DNA of 64,000 nt from Parcubacteria group bacterium Gr01-1014_8 (GTDB lineage: Bacteria; Patescibacteriota; Minisyncoccia; Phycocordibacterales; UBA2100), in the NCBI GenBank assembly GCA_007376385.1, contig VMGC01000003.1:64001-128000 (forward strand), in the 5' to 3' direction. The notes beneath the pieces are model-generated. The model worked only from the letters and a program-made list of their open reading frames with translations. It did not search any database and was not told the DNA's origin. Positions 10,548 through 21,130 of the stretch are shown piece after piece; positions within the stretch are counted from its first letter, which is position 1, and each line of letters begins with the position of its first letter. The position numbers and the translations under genes are program-made.

Positions 10548-10601
10548 CTCGATTCGCCTCTCGCTAACGCTTGAGGCTCGCTCGTGGCAAGCCACCAGTC
10601 A

Positions 10602-10634
10602 ATACAAAAACCGCCAAAGATGGCGGTTTTTGTA
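10602..10634 (+). terminator. rho-independent terminator after ssrA
   Basis: aaaaaccgccaaagatggcggttttt: GC stem flanked by A and T runs. Confidence 0.6.
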
Positions 10635-10830
10635 TGTGAACACGTTAATTTCACTCCTCGATCTTCGAGCGATTTGTGGGGCACGACTTACCGCATCCAG
10701 AACACGAGCCATCTCCCGGCTTGCACGTGCTGTGTTCTCCGCAATCACATTCGTCTGGATTCATACTAGTTAACGACTGTTATGAATAAACTACTGCAAT
10801 CGTATACCCGTATATTTCTCTGTAAAGATG

Positions 10831-11385
10831 CTACAACTCTATTCCCACGGTCACGCTCACCGTTCCATCTCCCGCATCCTGAATGTATGCAGCAAACGTC
10901 CGAGTATCTTTCTTAGCGGCAATAACGTTCGTGCCTGCCATGTTCGCAGAGGCGTCGATTGTCCAACCCTCTGCTTTCAAGCGCGAATTGTAATAGTCGA
11001 GGATGCTCTGCGCCGATGCTTTCGTCGTGTAAACAACCGCAGAGCCAGCCGCACCGGTCGCTGGATTCGTCGAACCGGAATACATAATCGTTGCTCCCGA
11101 ATATACAGGAGGTGCATCTGATGGCCAATTGCTAGGCATGCCTGCACCGCTTCCGACTGTCACGCTTCCTTCACCCGTATTATACGTAACTGTGCCATCA
11201 GAGTTTCTGTCAACATCGGCACCATTCACTCCAGGAAGATAAGCCGAACCAATAGAACCGCCTCGACCTCCCACACCTCCGAAGATGGCTACGAGCAATA
11301 AGACAACTGCTACCCCGCCGACTATCCAGAGTATTTTCTTGTTTTTGCCAGCCGGGGCCGGCGTTGCGCTTGTTCCTTCATCCAT
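10831..11385 (-). CDS. membrane-anchored Gly/Thr/Ser-rich hypothetical protein
   Basis: N-terminal TM (ILWIVGGVAVVLLLVAIFGG) followed by a low-complexity extracellular region. Confidence 0.4.
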   Translation of the reverse strand: MDEGTSATPAPAGKNKKILWIVGGVAVVLLLVAIFGGVGGRGGSIGSAYLPGVNGADVDRNSDGTVTYNTGEGSVTVGSGAGMPSNWPSDAPPVYSGATIMYSGSTNPATGAAGSAVVYTTKASAQSILDYYNSRLKAEGWTIDASANMAGTNVIAAKKDTRTFAAYIQDAGDGTVSVTVGIEL

Positions 11386-11490
11386 AATATATATGTGTCT
11401 ATAAATAAGTACCCGCAGTCTCTCATCGGTCGCATTCCTGTGCAAGGCTGCATGGGGTAATGTTCCCCACTGCTTGCCGTCCTCAATGAT

Positions 11491-12795
11491 ATGAGACAAT
11501 TGCCGGACAATACAAACCCGCATATGCAACGAGCGAATTGGTGGAAACACGCGAAAATTTACGAACTCTATATCGATAAATTCGCAGGCACTATCAGCGG
11601 TCTTACGTCAAAGTTGGACTACTTTACGCATTTGGGAATAAACACTCTGCACGTTCTTCCGCACTATCCTTCCCCGATGGTCGACGATGGGTATGACGTG
11701 ACAGATTATCAGAATGTACGTCCGGAATTAGGCACGCTCGATGATTTCAAGAAATTCCTCAACGAGGCACATAGCCGGGATATATATGTCATCGTCGATT
11801 TTGTTCTAAACCACGTCTCGAGTGAACACCCCTGGTTTGTCGAAGCGCGCGCGACCAGAGAAAACCCCAAACGCAATTTCTTTCTGTGGAGTAACACCGG
11901 TCAAGAATTCAAGAACGCGCGGAATGCGTTCGTGGATATTAAGCCATCGAATTGGATAAAGAACGAGTTAACGGAAGATTATTACTACGCAACATTCTAT
12001 CCGGAACAACCTGATCTGAATTGGGACAACCCGCTCGTTTTTGAAGAGATGCTCCAATATGCGAAATTTTGGGTGGATCTGGGTGTCGACGGCTTTCGTT
12101 TGGACGCCGTGCCGTTCCTCATTAAACGTGAAAACTCACCTTCTCTTGGTCTACCAGAGACGCATGCGATCTTGAAAAAGATACGCGCGCAGCTCGATGA
12201 AAAATATAGCGGCCGGATCGCGCTCCTTGGAGAGGCACATCAGGAACTGAGAGACATGATGCAGTACTTTGGCGATGGCGACGAATGCCACATGCTGTAT
12301 CATTTCCCCATGATGGAACAAATGCTTCTTGCACTGATGCGAAATGATGATTCTGCGGTTCGCACAATGGTTCAAGCATCGTCCGACATTCCCCCTTCAT
12401 GTGAGTGGGCAGTGTTTGTGAGAAATCACGACGACATCTCTCTCACAACGCTTCCAGATGCCGACCGTATGGAACTCGTTGATTTTCTTGACCCTCAACA
12501 TCGCTATCCATTCAGCAATCACACGACGACTTCGATGCGCTTGGGAAGCATTTTTGAGAATCATTCTTCTCGCGTTCTTGAGGCGCTTGAATTGCTGTAT
12601 TCAGTGCCGGGAGTCAAAGTTCTTTACTACGGCGACGAGATCGGGATGAAGAATCTCCCTCTTCAGGAAGGCGTGCGCGATTCGCGCGTGTATGTTCGCG
12701 GGGAATTCGATTGGAACAGCGCAAATACGATGCTTGCAGACCCCGATTCGCTTTTAAACAAGGTCGCGAGATGTATCAAGCGCAGTGCTGCCTGA
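11491..12795 (+). CDS. GH13 alpha-amylase-family glycoside hydrolase (trehalose synthase/amylosucrase-like)
   Basis: DGYDVTDY, VIVDFVLNHVSSEHPWF, GVDGFRLDAV and GEAH catalytic motifs of GH13. Confidence 0.75.
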   Translation: MRQLPDNTNPHMQRANWWKHAKIYELYIDKFAGTISGLTSKLDYFTHLGINTLHVLPHYPSPMVDDGYDVTDYQNVRPELGTLDDFKKFLNEAHSRDIYVIVDFVLNHVSSEHPWFVEARATRENPKRNFFLWSNTGQEFKNARNAFVDIKPSNWIKNELTEDYYYATFYPEQPDLNWDNPLVFEEMLQYAKFWVDLGVDGFRLDAVPFLIKRENSPSLGLPETHAILKKIRAQLDEKYSGRIALLGEAHQELRDMMQYFGDGDECHMLYHFPMMEQMLLALMRNDDSAVRTMVQASSDIPPSCEWAVFVRNHDDISLTTLPDADRMELVDFLDPQHRYPFSNHTTTSMRLGSIFENHSSRVLEALELLYSVPGVKVLYYGDEIGMKNLPLQEGVRDSRVYVRGEFDWNSANTMLADPDSLLNKVARCIKRSAA

Positions 12796-12865
12796 TCTGC
12801 GATCCTCTCTTTCCTGCCGGCGAACTGTTTCGTGTACACAAGCCCTTCTTGATATACTTGCCGCA

Positions 12866-14033
12866 CATGAAGTTGGCAGTAGTAGCAAGCATCGATAAGA
12901 CAACGACGCCAAGCAGCAAAGGCGGGATGGAAGTTTGGACCTCCAATTTTGTCTTGGAAAGTTCGAAGCGAGGCCACCACATAGATCTGTACGCGACGGA
13001 GGGTTCGATACACGGTGAACGCGTCCGTCTCATCCCATCCCTGGATCGCCCGCTAAACGATTACTTTTCCGACGAATATTTCACTGAAAATCCAGGAGAT
13101 TTCGACAAGCGCAAGGAGAAATTCATGTCGACCGTCTACGCATCATTGCTCAAAAAAGTCCGCGATCAGGAAGATGGCTACGACATAATAGTCGATAGCG
13201 TCGCGTATCCTTCATTCTCTTTCAATACAAATACATTTCATAAGCCGGTTCTGACGATCGGACATTTTCCTGTTGAGTTCATGCTGAAATTTTATGTCAA
13301 AACACTTGGCTGGCCGGAAAATAATACCGTAGTCTTTCCTTCTCGGTTCCAGAATGACCACGCCACCTTCTTACCTGAATCAAAAAGGCACGTCATTCCT
13401 CACGGCATCGATGAGGCATCGCTGACCTTCAGTCCGGAAGGGGGGAGTGGCATGCTCTGGATGGCGCGAGTACACCATAAATTCATGAACAAGGGTCTCG
13501 ACGACGCGTTGACGGTCGCGAACACTCTTAAAAGACCGATATATGCCACGGGGTTCATTGAACGCTCTTCTCGAGCGTATTTTGATGAGATCATACGCCC
13601 GCTCCTCTCAGAGTATGCAACATTCGATGAACAAGGTATGGCAACTCCAATCGATAAAAGCCACGTGTTCGGAAACGCAAAACTTTTTCTTTTCCCTCTC
13701 AAATGGGAAGAAGCATTCGGTTTGGTCATGTTGGAATCGCTTGCCTGCGGGACACCCGTCGTGGCGTACGCGCGCGGCGCTGTTCCCGAGATAATCGAAG
13801 ATGGCACCACGGGATTCATCGTAAATTCCAGCGCGGATGATATTCGAGGCGCATTCACCATACAAAAAACTGGCCAGGAAGGTCTTTGCGAAGCAGTTGA
13901 GCGTATATATGCCATGAGCAAAGCAGACTACGCCGAAATGAGACGAGCTTGCCGTGCCCGCATCGAGAAATCGTTCACACGTAGAAGAATGTTCGATGGC
14001 TACGAACAGCTTTTCACGACGATCACAACTTAA
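12866..14033 (+). CDS. glycosyltransferase family 4 (GT-B)
   Basis: C-terminal EEAFGLVMLESLACGTPVVA..PEII.DG.TGF motif of group-1 glycosyltransferases. Confidence 0.75.
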
Positions 14034-15337
14034 CGTACTTCACCAAGACTGGGGATCGCAAGACGGCGGCGGGCAGTCCCTCCTTTGAAGAGTTGCGTTG
14101 CGCGTTCTGGCAGGTCACCTCGTTCACCAAGATGAGCGCCAAATTTCATTGCCTCGAAACTTGAGCCCAAAAACACGACATGCTTCCCGTATTTCTCTGA
14201 AAGTTCATCTACGCTTTCGAACACCTGCTTCAAACCCTCCTTTGCATGAACAGCCCCAAAAAGATCGAGCTGAACCGGAGCGTGTTTCTTTAATTTCATG
14301 AGCGTGATGCCGGTTGCACGATAGAACTCTCCTTTTTTGAACACGTTCGGAAAGTATTCTGCGACTGTTCGCACAATATCCTGCGGCAGATTTGTGTGGT
14401 GTGAGAGCTTAATTTCGCATCCATGATATTTGAAATCCTGTGTTTTAAGAAAAAAGAAGATCTCAAGCGTGGAGAGATCCCATTTGCGCACCTTTATACA
14501 TGCATTTTCTATATTTTTTGAGAGTTGAGAAAACACGAATTTTTGGTCGCGGGAAGGAGGCGTAAAAGTTTTCGTCTTGCTGATGGATCGGTATGATTCC
14601 TTGCGTTCGGTTGTTATCTCATATGTCATTTCACCTCGCAGCTCGTGCCAGATCTCAACATATGGTTTAGAAAGCATCGCTGTTACCCACGTCTCTTCTT
14701 TGTTCACGAGATCTTGTATGCTTCTGACCCCGTATTTATTGAGATACTGGGCAGTGTTCGGTCCAATGCCCCATACAGAGCAAATGGGAAGCTTCTCTAA
14801 AAATTTATGTGCATCTCTAAGCGGGATCGCGGTGCATCCGTCCGGCTTCTTCCATTTCGAGCCGATCTTTGCGAGCACTTTCGTCGCCGAAAGTCCGATC
14901 GAGAATGTCATGCCGAGTTCTGTATCAAGTTCGCGTTTTATCTGCAATGCCGTTTCAGGATAATTCATCTTATTCACGCGGCGCATGCCGGTAATATCAG
15001 CAAAGCACTCATCGATTGAATACTCTTCAACTGCCGGCGTATAACGGCGCACGATCTCATACATGCGCTCTGAGAAAAGCGAGTACGTTTCGTAATCGGA
15101 TGGCAAAATGACTGCCTCGGGGCACAATTTTCTTGCTTCTCCTAATTTCATCCCGCGCTTTACGCCCCGCGCCTTCACGTCGTACGTGCATGCTGAGACG
15201 ATGCCGCGTTCTTTTCCCGTAATGACTGGTTTCCCTCTCAGACGCGGATCTTTTGCCACCTCACATGCTGCGAAAAAAGAATCTCCGTCAATATGAAGAA
15301 TGGCATGAGGAAAAGAAGCTGAGATCCCCCATGTCAT
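14030..15337 (-). CDS. dinB: Y-family DNA polymerase IV
   Basis: HIDGDSFFAACE, SIDECFADIT and little-finger region. Lies immediately downstream of lexA. Confidence 0.85.
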   Translation of the reverse strand: MTWGISASFPHAILHIDGDSFFAACEVAKDPRLRGKPVITGKERGIVSACTYDVKARGVKRGMKLGEARKLCPEAVILPSDYETYSLFSERMYEIVRRYTPAVEEYSIDECFADITGMRRVNKMNYPETALQIKRELDTELGMTFSIGLSATKVLAKIGSKWKKPDGCTAIPLRDAHKFLEKLPICSVWGIGPNTAQYLNKYGVRSIQDLVNKEETWVTAMLSKPYVEIWHELRGEMTYEITTERKESYRSISKTKTFTPPSRDQKFVFSQLSKNIENACIKVRKWDLSTLEIFFFLKTQDFKYHGCEIKLSHHTNLPQDIVRTVAEYFPNVFKKGEFYRATGITLMKLKKHAPVQLDLFGAVHAKEGLKQVFESVDELSEKYGKHVVFLGSSFEAMKFGAHLGERGDLPERATQLFKGGTARRRLAIPSLGEVR

Positions 15338-15344
15338 ACGCGTA

Positions 15345-15947
15345 TTAATATTTGCGCACTACTGCAGTGACCACGGCTTCGATGCGAAACGATTCTTTTG
15401 GATAAAGCGCTCGGTAACGCTTATTCGCCGGCTCAAGATAGTATTGTTCTCCTGCCTGCGCCGCGAAGCCTCGCGTCGCGGCAGGCAGGCCCCGCTTCCG
15501 AAGATATTTCATCGTGTACTCGCTATCTATGCACGCAATAACTATTTGCCCCGGCTTGTAAGCACTCCTGCGCTCGACAATGACCATGTCGCCCGGTTGT
15601 ATCCCCGCTTCTATCATGGAATCTCCTTTTACTTTCAGAATGTAGCTCATCTCTTTATTCGGCGTGAGATATTCATCGAAATTCATCACGTCGAGAAGCT
15701 CTTCCTCTGCAGCTGAAGGAAAGCCAGCCTCTACCAACCCGAGCATCTTTACGCCTTCTTCTAGGTTCTGTGGCAGAAGTTTCCCCGAGCCGTCCTTTGA
15801 GATAACACCCTCTTCTATGAGCGCTTCGATGCGGTAGTTGACCGCGCTCTTTGTTTTGTACCCCCACAACTTCATCAATTCAGAGAATGTGGGCATCCTT
15901 TGCCGCGAACGATAAAACCCTGCCAGCTTTTCCTTGAATTTTTCCAT
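15345..15947 (-). CDS. lexA: LexA repressor
   Basis: N-terminal winged HTH. S24 peptidase with catalytic Ser/Lys (GDSM...K). Confidence 0.9.
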   Translation of the reverse strand: MEKFKEKLAGFYRSRQRMPTFSELMKLWGYKTKSAVNYRIEALIEEGVISKDGSGKLLPQNLEEGVKMLGLVEAGFPSAAEEELLDVMNFDEYLTPNKEMSYILKVKGDSMIEAGIQPGDMVIVERRSAYKPGQIVIACIDSEYTMKYLRKRGLPAATRGFAAQAGEQYYLEPANKRYRALYPKESFRIEAVVTAVVRKY

Positions 15948-15960
15948 TCCCCCAGTCTAT

Positions 15961-15976
15961 AGAACGTTCGTTCTGT
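15961..15976 (-). promoter_or_regulatory. Cheo-type LexA box (GAAC-N4-GTTC) within the lexA-dinB promoter
   Basis: AGAACGAACGTTCT (sense) lies between a TTGACT -35 and TATAGA -10, directly upstream of the lexA ATG. Confidence 0.6.
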
Positions 15977-16002
15977 AGTCAAGCGGGGCTAGCGGAAAAA
16001 AT

Positions 16003-17190
16003 CTAGTTGATCACACCAAATTGTTTGCCTACTTTTGCGAATTTTTCGACTGCGGTCTTGATGTCTTTCGTCGTATGTGCAGCTGAGACCTGTACGCGGA
16101 TACGCGCTTTACCTTTAGGAACAACGGGAAACGCGAATCCAATAACATAAATCCCCTCCTTGAAAAGCGCGGCAGCCATCTCAACTGCCTTCTTTTCGTC
16201 GCCGAGCATGATAGGCGTGATGGGGTGCTGCGCATCTGGTACTCGAAAGCCCTTTTCTTTCATGAGCTTTCTAAAGAGGTTGGTGTTTTCCCAGAGTTTT
16301 TCGCGATGTTCCGGATGTTTTTTAAGATATTTAATGACATCGAGTGACGTACCGGTAACGGCGGTATCGAGGGCATTGGAGAAGAGGTATGTTCGCGAGC
16401 GATTGCGTAGATATTCGACGATCTCTTTTTTTCCAGCCGTGAACGCACCGCCAGCGCCTCCGAGCGCCTTTCCGAACGTGCCGGTCAAAAAGTCGACGCG
16501 GTTCTCGACGCCGAAATGTTGCGGAGTTCCTCCGCCCTTTTTACCCATGACACCGTTCGCGTGCGCATCATCCACCATCACAAGCGCGTCGTATTTGTCG
16601 GCAAGATCGCAGATCTTGTCCAGGGGCGCAATGTCCCCGTCCATACTGTATACGCCGTCTGTCGCAATAACGCGAAGCCTTTTTTCTTTAGTCGCTTTCA
16701 ATTTTTCTTCGAGGTCCGCCATGTCCATGTGCTTGAATACGTGCCGCTCGGATTTCGCGAGGCGCACCGCATCAATAATGGAGGCGTGATTCAATTCGTC
16801 ACTTATTATTGCATCTTGGTCAGTAAAAAATGTCTGGAACAACCCCACATTCGCCATGAAGCACGACGAATATGTTATCGCATCCTCCATGCCAACGTAA
16901 TCTGCCACCGCTTTTTCCAGTTCTTTGTGGATAGTCTGCGTGCCGCAAATAAAACGGACTGACGCGAGGCCGTATCCCCATTTTTTTACGGCTTTTTCGG
17001 ATGATTTTTCTACAAACTTCGTCCCCGCAAGACCGAGGTAATTGTTCGAGCAGAAATTCAGATACTTTTTTCCTCCGACCTTGATCTCCCTATCCTGTTT
17101 CGATCGTATAACGCGCTCCGTTTTATACGTTCCATTCTCCCGCATTTGAGCAAGTTCTTCCGCCAACATTTCCTTGAATTTTCCGTACAT
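16003..17190 (-). CDS. kbl: glycine C-acetyltransferase (2-amino-3-ketobutyrate CoA ligase)
   Basis: PLP-dependent AONS-family motifs. Paired with tdh. Confidence 0.85.
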   Translation of the reverse strand: MYGKFKEMLAEELAQMRENGTYKTERVIRSKQDREIKVGGKKYLNFCSNNYLGLAGTKFVEKSSEKAVKKWGYGLASVRFICGTQTIHKELEKAVADYVGMEDAITYSSCFMANVGLFQTFFTDQDAIISDELNHASIIDAVRLAKSERHVFKHMDMADLEEKLKATKEKRLRVIATDGVYSMDGDIAPLDKICDLADKYDALVMVDDAHANGVMGKKGGGTPQHFGVENRVDFLTGTFGKALGGAGGAFTAGKKEIVEYLRNRSRTYLFSNALDTAVTGTSLDVIKYLKKHPEHREKLWENTNLFRKLMKEKGFRVPDAQHPITPIMLGDEKKAVEMAAALFKEGIYVIGFAFPVVPKGKARIRVQVSAAHTTKDIKTAVEKFAKVGKQFGVIN

Positions 17191-17192
17191 AT

Positions 17193-18404
17193 CTATCCGC
17201 TTATCTTGAAAATGATCTTTGGGTGCTCGTTCATAGCTTTCTCAAAACTTTCGGGGGTAAATTTATGGAAATCCAGTAGTGTTCCCTTGCCGCTTTTCAA
17301 AATGACGTTCCACATATCATCTTGTATACCGTTCGACTTATCCGAAAGCATTCTCTGTGCTATCTGCCACGTCGCAAATATGCGCCTGCCAATAATGCCA
17401 TGTAGTGTGAGGCCGCGTACCACTACTTTCGGGGAGAAATTCGGGATGGTCATCGCGCCGTCTTTAATGCCGAATGCGATGACGTGACCGCCCCGGCGGG
17501 TCGAGAGAATGCAGTTATTCAATGAAGCCGCGGGGCCCGCCATTTCCATTGAAACATCGACGCCTTTGCCATAGGTTAACTCCATTATCCTGTCGATGAC
17601 TTCTGCATCGTGCTCCCATTCGTGTTCTTTCTTCTTCTTTCTGACGAGAATCGTCTCGTGAGCGCCCAAGCTCTTCGCCATTTTTAAATTCGCGGGATTC
17701 ACGTCCACTGCAATTATCTTCACCGCACCGAAACTACGCAAAAGCAATATCGCGAACATGCCGATGGGGCCGGCACCCATGACCGCAACTCTCTGACCGC
17801 GAAAATCAACAACCGTCGTCGAATGTACGGCATTGCCTATCGGATCAAGGATAGAGGCTATTTCCGGCCGAATGCGGCTTTGATCGATTGCCCATAGATT
17901 CTTGGCGGGGATCTTCACGTACTCCGCGAAAATACCATCGATTGAAATACCAAGGATGGCCTCATTCATACACACATGATCCTCGCCAATACGACACTGA
18001 AAGCAACGACCGCAGGTTACATGCGAGTCTCCCGACACAAGCGCGCCGACCTCGATCTTTACAGGGTTATTCGGGTCTAGGTCGTTGTACAAACGCTCGA
18101 CCATTGAACCCATCTCAACAACCTCGCCGACAAATTCATGGCCCATGATGCGCATCGTCTTTTTTTCCCGTTTCAGTGAGTCGTGCACAAGGTCGCGGAA
18201 GGCAGCGCGATTCCACATCCCTCTATCGGTACCACACACACCCGCGTATTTTATTTTCAAGATCACGGAGAGTGCGTCCTCAGGGTTTTTCCTTTCGTCC
18301 AGAACCGGCATCGGCACTTCCCGCATCACAAAGCCCCTGCTTTTCTGCCATCCGTCCTTGTTCGTATCGAACGTTAGAGCGCGAATAGTGTTCTTTTTAG
18401 CCAT
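17193..18404 (-). CDS. tdh: L-threonine 3-dehydrogenase (Zn-dependent MDR family)
   Basis: GVCGTD, GHEFVGEV, catalytic and structural zinc cysteines, GAGPIG Rossmann motif. Confidence 0.8.
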   Translation of the reverse strand: MAKKNTIRALTFDTNKDGWQKSRGFVMREVPMPVLDERKNPEDALSVILKIKYAGVCGTDRGMWNRAAFRDLVHDSLKREKKTMRIMGHEFVGEVVEMGSMVERLYNDLDPNNPVKIEVGALVSGDSHVTCGRCFQCRIGEDHVCMNEAILGISIDGIFAEYVKIPAKNLWAIDQSRIRPEIASILDPIGNAVHSTTVVDFRGQRVAVMGAGPIGMFAILLLRSFGAVKIIAVDVNPANLKMAKSLGAHETILVRKKKKEHEWEHDAEVIDRIMELTYGKGVDVSMEMAGPAASLNNCILSTRRGGHVIAFGIKDGAMTIPNFSPKVVVRGLTLHGIIGRRIFATWQIAQRMLSDKSNGIQDDMWNVILKSGKGTLLDFHKFTPESFEKAMNEHPKIIFKISG

Positions 18405-18475
18405 GGTACTGAACACTGTAGCTCAAACACCGAGGCAATGGAAGCGCTCAACATCTAAAATATTCCTGAGAAAAC

Positions 18476-21127
18476 CTACCGAGGCCGCGTTCCGGACTCC
18501 TTGGCTATGTACGAGGCAAGGCCGCCAGGTCTCGAGTAAGCGTACACGTCTTTTATTCCCATATCGTGGGCGAGCATCAAAACCATCTCTATCAATTGAC
18601 TCGAAACCGGTGCATCCGGCGTTATCACGATATCGTCCGAAGGAGTCGGATATTTGAGAAGCATGTTGTATCCAAGAGAGCTTTCGTCTTCCGGTCTGCT
18701 ATTAGGAATAACATCAACAAGTGACGCGCCCTCCCTCTGTCCGCCTTTTGGTTTCTTGTGGAATCGCATGACCGGATCATGCCCGGCATGAAGGTACTTT
18801 CGAACCTCCTCGGCATTTAGGGTACGCGTTACTTTTGGGATCGGCTTTTGCTGATAATCGGACGAGCAGATAGATATGCAGACGAGAGCATTGCCATGAG
18901 GATCGAGAACGGCAGGCGTCAATAATGCATCATAGGTCGTATGCAAGAGTGCGTTGGCTGAAAGGCTTGTGCGTGCGATCGCTATCTGCCCAAGAAGGTT
19001 ATCCTTTTCATCAGCGGCAAGAATGACAAGATGCTTCTGTATGTTCTTTTCATACTCGCTCTTCTCCGGCGAAAGATTGTCCCAGCACTGTCGGTACAAC
19101 TCATACGAGGGAGCCATCCATCGTGAATATCGGTGAAGAATGGTAAACCGGATTATCGGTTTCTGGACTCCTCGGCTCGGAGATGTGGAAACTGTGTTTT
19201 CCCACCTCCCTCGCTCTACGTCGCCGGTAAAACGACGTGCCGGCATTTTGAGAAGTCCGAATATTGATTCAAAACGCTCGTAGGGCAATGTCTTCTTCAA
19301 AACGCTCCGCTGCACTTTGCCCGTCGACGTCATCGGCAATTCGTCAGCGGAAAAAGAGGTGAGATACTTCGGCGTCTCATATGCGCTTAAGTACGCCGTG
19401 CCGAATAGAAGCGACAACTTGAGCCGACGTTTGGCCTTCTTCTCATCTGTACCCGCTTTCCAGCAAATGACCGCGCCCGCCTCTTCTCCGTAGCGCTCAT
19501 CGGGAACAGCAACAACGTACACCTGGTCGATCTCAGGAGATATCTTTTTCAAGGCATTCTCAAGAGCAACGGGCGAGATGTTAACCCCGCCCTTGATGAT
19601 GATCTCCCGCTTGCGGCCCTTCAGATAGAAGAATTTCTGCTCGCCAACGACCTTAAAATATCCGATGTCGCCCGAGAGAAAATATCCGCCTGCCTGCCGC
19701 GTCCGACCAGCGCTATATTCACGTCTTAACCATTTTCGACCAAACCCTGTTTTTAAGTTTTTCTCCCGCTGTACCGCTTCTTTCAACGATGGAAATTCTT
19801 CGTGGTGAATAATTCCTATCGGTTTATGCTTTTTGGTGTGCTCGGCGGCTATACCGTTATAATGTTGTCGCCATCGTTCATGTATATCTTGAGTTTGACC
19901 GATATAAAATGAACCATCATCACACTTGATGACATAAACATAGAACATTTCTGGTCGCGGCGCAGGCAGGTCACGGATGGCCGGCTCATTCGTAACATAC
20001 CCCTCCATAACGGCAGGCCCGCGTATCACCAGTTCACCTTCTTCTCCTTCACCGAGAAAGTTTCCTTTCTCATCCGATATCTGCACGTCGGCCCATGACA
20101 TTGCCGAGCCAATAGAATTTTCCTCTATCAGTTTCTCGTATAGACCAGGGGGCAGTCCCATAGGTACCCCGGTAACGCGAAGCGCTGTTTCAGTCTGCCC
20201 ATATCCTTGGTAGAGCGGAATATCGAATTTCGTCATGAACTCTTGCATCGTATGCACGACCACAGGAGCCGAGCCTATTTGGATGCGATTGAGCCGCAAT
20301 CCTTTTTTAACGAGCGCGTAACTCTCGGAGCGTCCTACTTGATCGAACAGGATGGATTGCACTATTGATGTGCAGGTTGCCTGACTTTTCGCAGCCTGCT
20401 GCCAGAAATGTGAGTTTGAGTAATTCGGCGTGATCGCAATGCTGCCGCCTGCGAGAAGCGCCGACAGGCAAAATGTGGTGGAATTTATGTGGTGCAACGG
20501 GAGGTTTACCAGAAACCTGTCTTCTTCTGTCATGTGAAGCCATTCCTTGATGCCTTCTGCGTTCACAACAAGGTTATTGAGAGTCAGTTTTGCTCCTTTT
20601 GGATACCCTGTAGTCCCTGATGTAAATAAAATAAGGGCACAATGTGAAAGACCGGATTCCCAGGCTACCGGTCTATCTGTAATATCGGCAAATCCCGCAA
20701 ATTCCTGGACTTTGACTTCTTTCAAAAAAATACTCTCAATATTTTTAAGCGCCTCCTTTTCTGCTATCAATAATGTTGCGTTGTTTATTTTTAATTTGTA
20801 TTGATACAACTCGCCGGTATCTCGCTTAGTATCGAGTGGAACAGTTACGACTCCGATACTCCACGCAGCCCAGCTTATTATGAGGAGTTCGGGCGAATTC
20901 TTAAATGCGAGAGCTACTCTATCGCCTCGTTTGATATCAAGCGCGTATAAATAGAGCGCAGCCTGTTTGATTTTCTGCAGCAATTCTTTGTACGTGATCT
21001 CCCCCGAGATCGTTCCTTCGTGATCACACGAGAGGAGCGCGACTTTTCCCGGATTCTTTTGCGAGAGAGCAGAAATGTGCGAGTAGAGGCTTTGTATGGA
21101 AGCATGCTGCATAACAATCATCCTCAA
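18476..21127 (-). CDS. AMP-dependent acyl-CoA synthetase carrying an in-frame GIY-YIG nuclease domain insertion and a ~280-aa C-terminal extension
   Basis: ANL motifs present (TSGTTGYPKG, GYGQTE, GWFRTGD-like GYFLSGDIGY, terminal lysine). A GIY-YIG module (FYVYVIKCDDGSFYIGQTQDIHERWRQH...EKNLK) interrupts the A-domain at about aa 388-478. Confidence 0.8.
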   Translation of the reverse strand: MRMIVMQHASIQSLYSHISALSQKNPGKVALLSCDHEGTISGEITYKELLQKIKQAALYLYALDIKRGDRVALAFKNSPELLIISWAAWSIGVVTVPLDTKRDTGELYQYKLKINNATLLIAEKEALKNIESIFLKEVKVQEFAGFADITDRPVAWESGLSHCALILFTSGTTGYPKGAKLTLNNLVVNAEGIKEWLHMTEEDRFLVNLPLHHINSTTFCLSALLAGGSIAITPNYSNSHFWQQAAKSQATCTSIVQSILFDQVGRSESYALVKKGLRLNRIQIGSAPVVVHTMQEFMTKFDIPLYQGYGQTETALRVTGVPMGLPPGLYEKLIEENSIGSAMSWADVQISDEKGNFLGEGEEGELVIRGPAVMEGYVTNEPAIRDLPAPRPEMFYVYVIKCDDGSFYIGQTQDIHERWRQHYNGIAAEHTKKHKPIGIIHHEEFPSLKEAVQREKNLKTGFGRKWLRREYSAGRTRQAGGYFLSGDIGYFKVVGEQKFFYLKGRKREIIIKGGVNISPVALENALKKISPEIDQVYVVAVPDERYGEEAGAVICWKAGTDEKKAKRRLKLSLLFGTAYLSAYETPKYLTSFSADELPMTSTGKVQRSVLKKTLPYERFESIFGLLKMPARRFTGDVERGRWENTVSTSPSRGVQKPIIRFTILHRYSRWMAPSYELYRQCWDNLSPEKSEYEKNIQKHLVILAADEKDNLLGQIAIARTSLSANALLHTTYDALLTPAVLDPHGNALVCISICSSDYQQKPIPKVTRTLNAEEVRKYLHAGHDPVMRFHKKPKGGQREGASLVDVIPNSRPEDESSLGYNMLLKYPTPSDDIVITPDAPVSSQLIEMVLMLAHDMGIKDVYAYSRPGGLASYIAKESGTRPR

Positions 21128-21130
21128 GCA

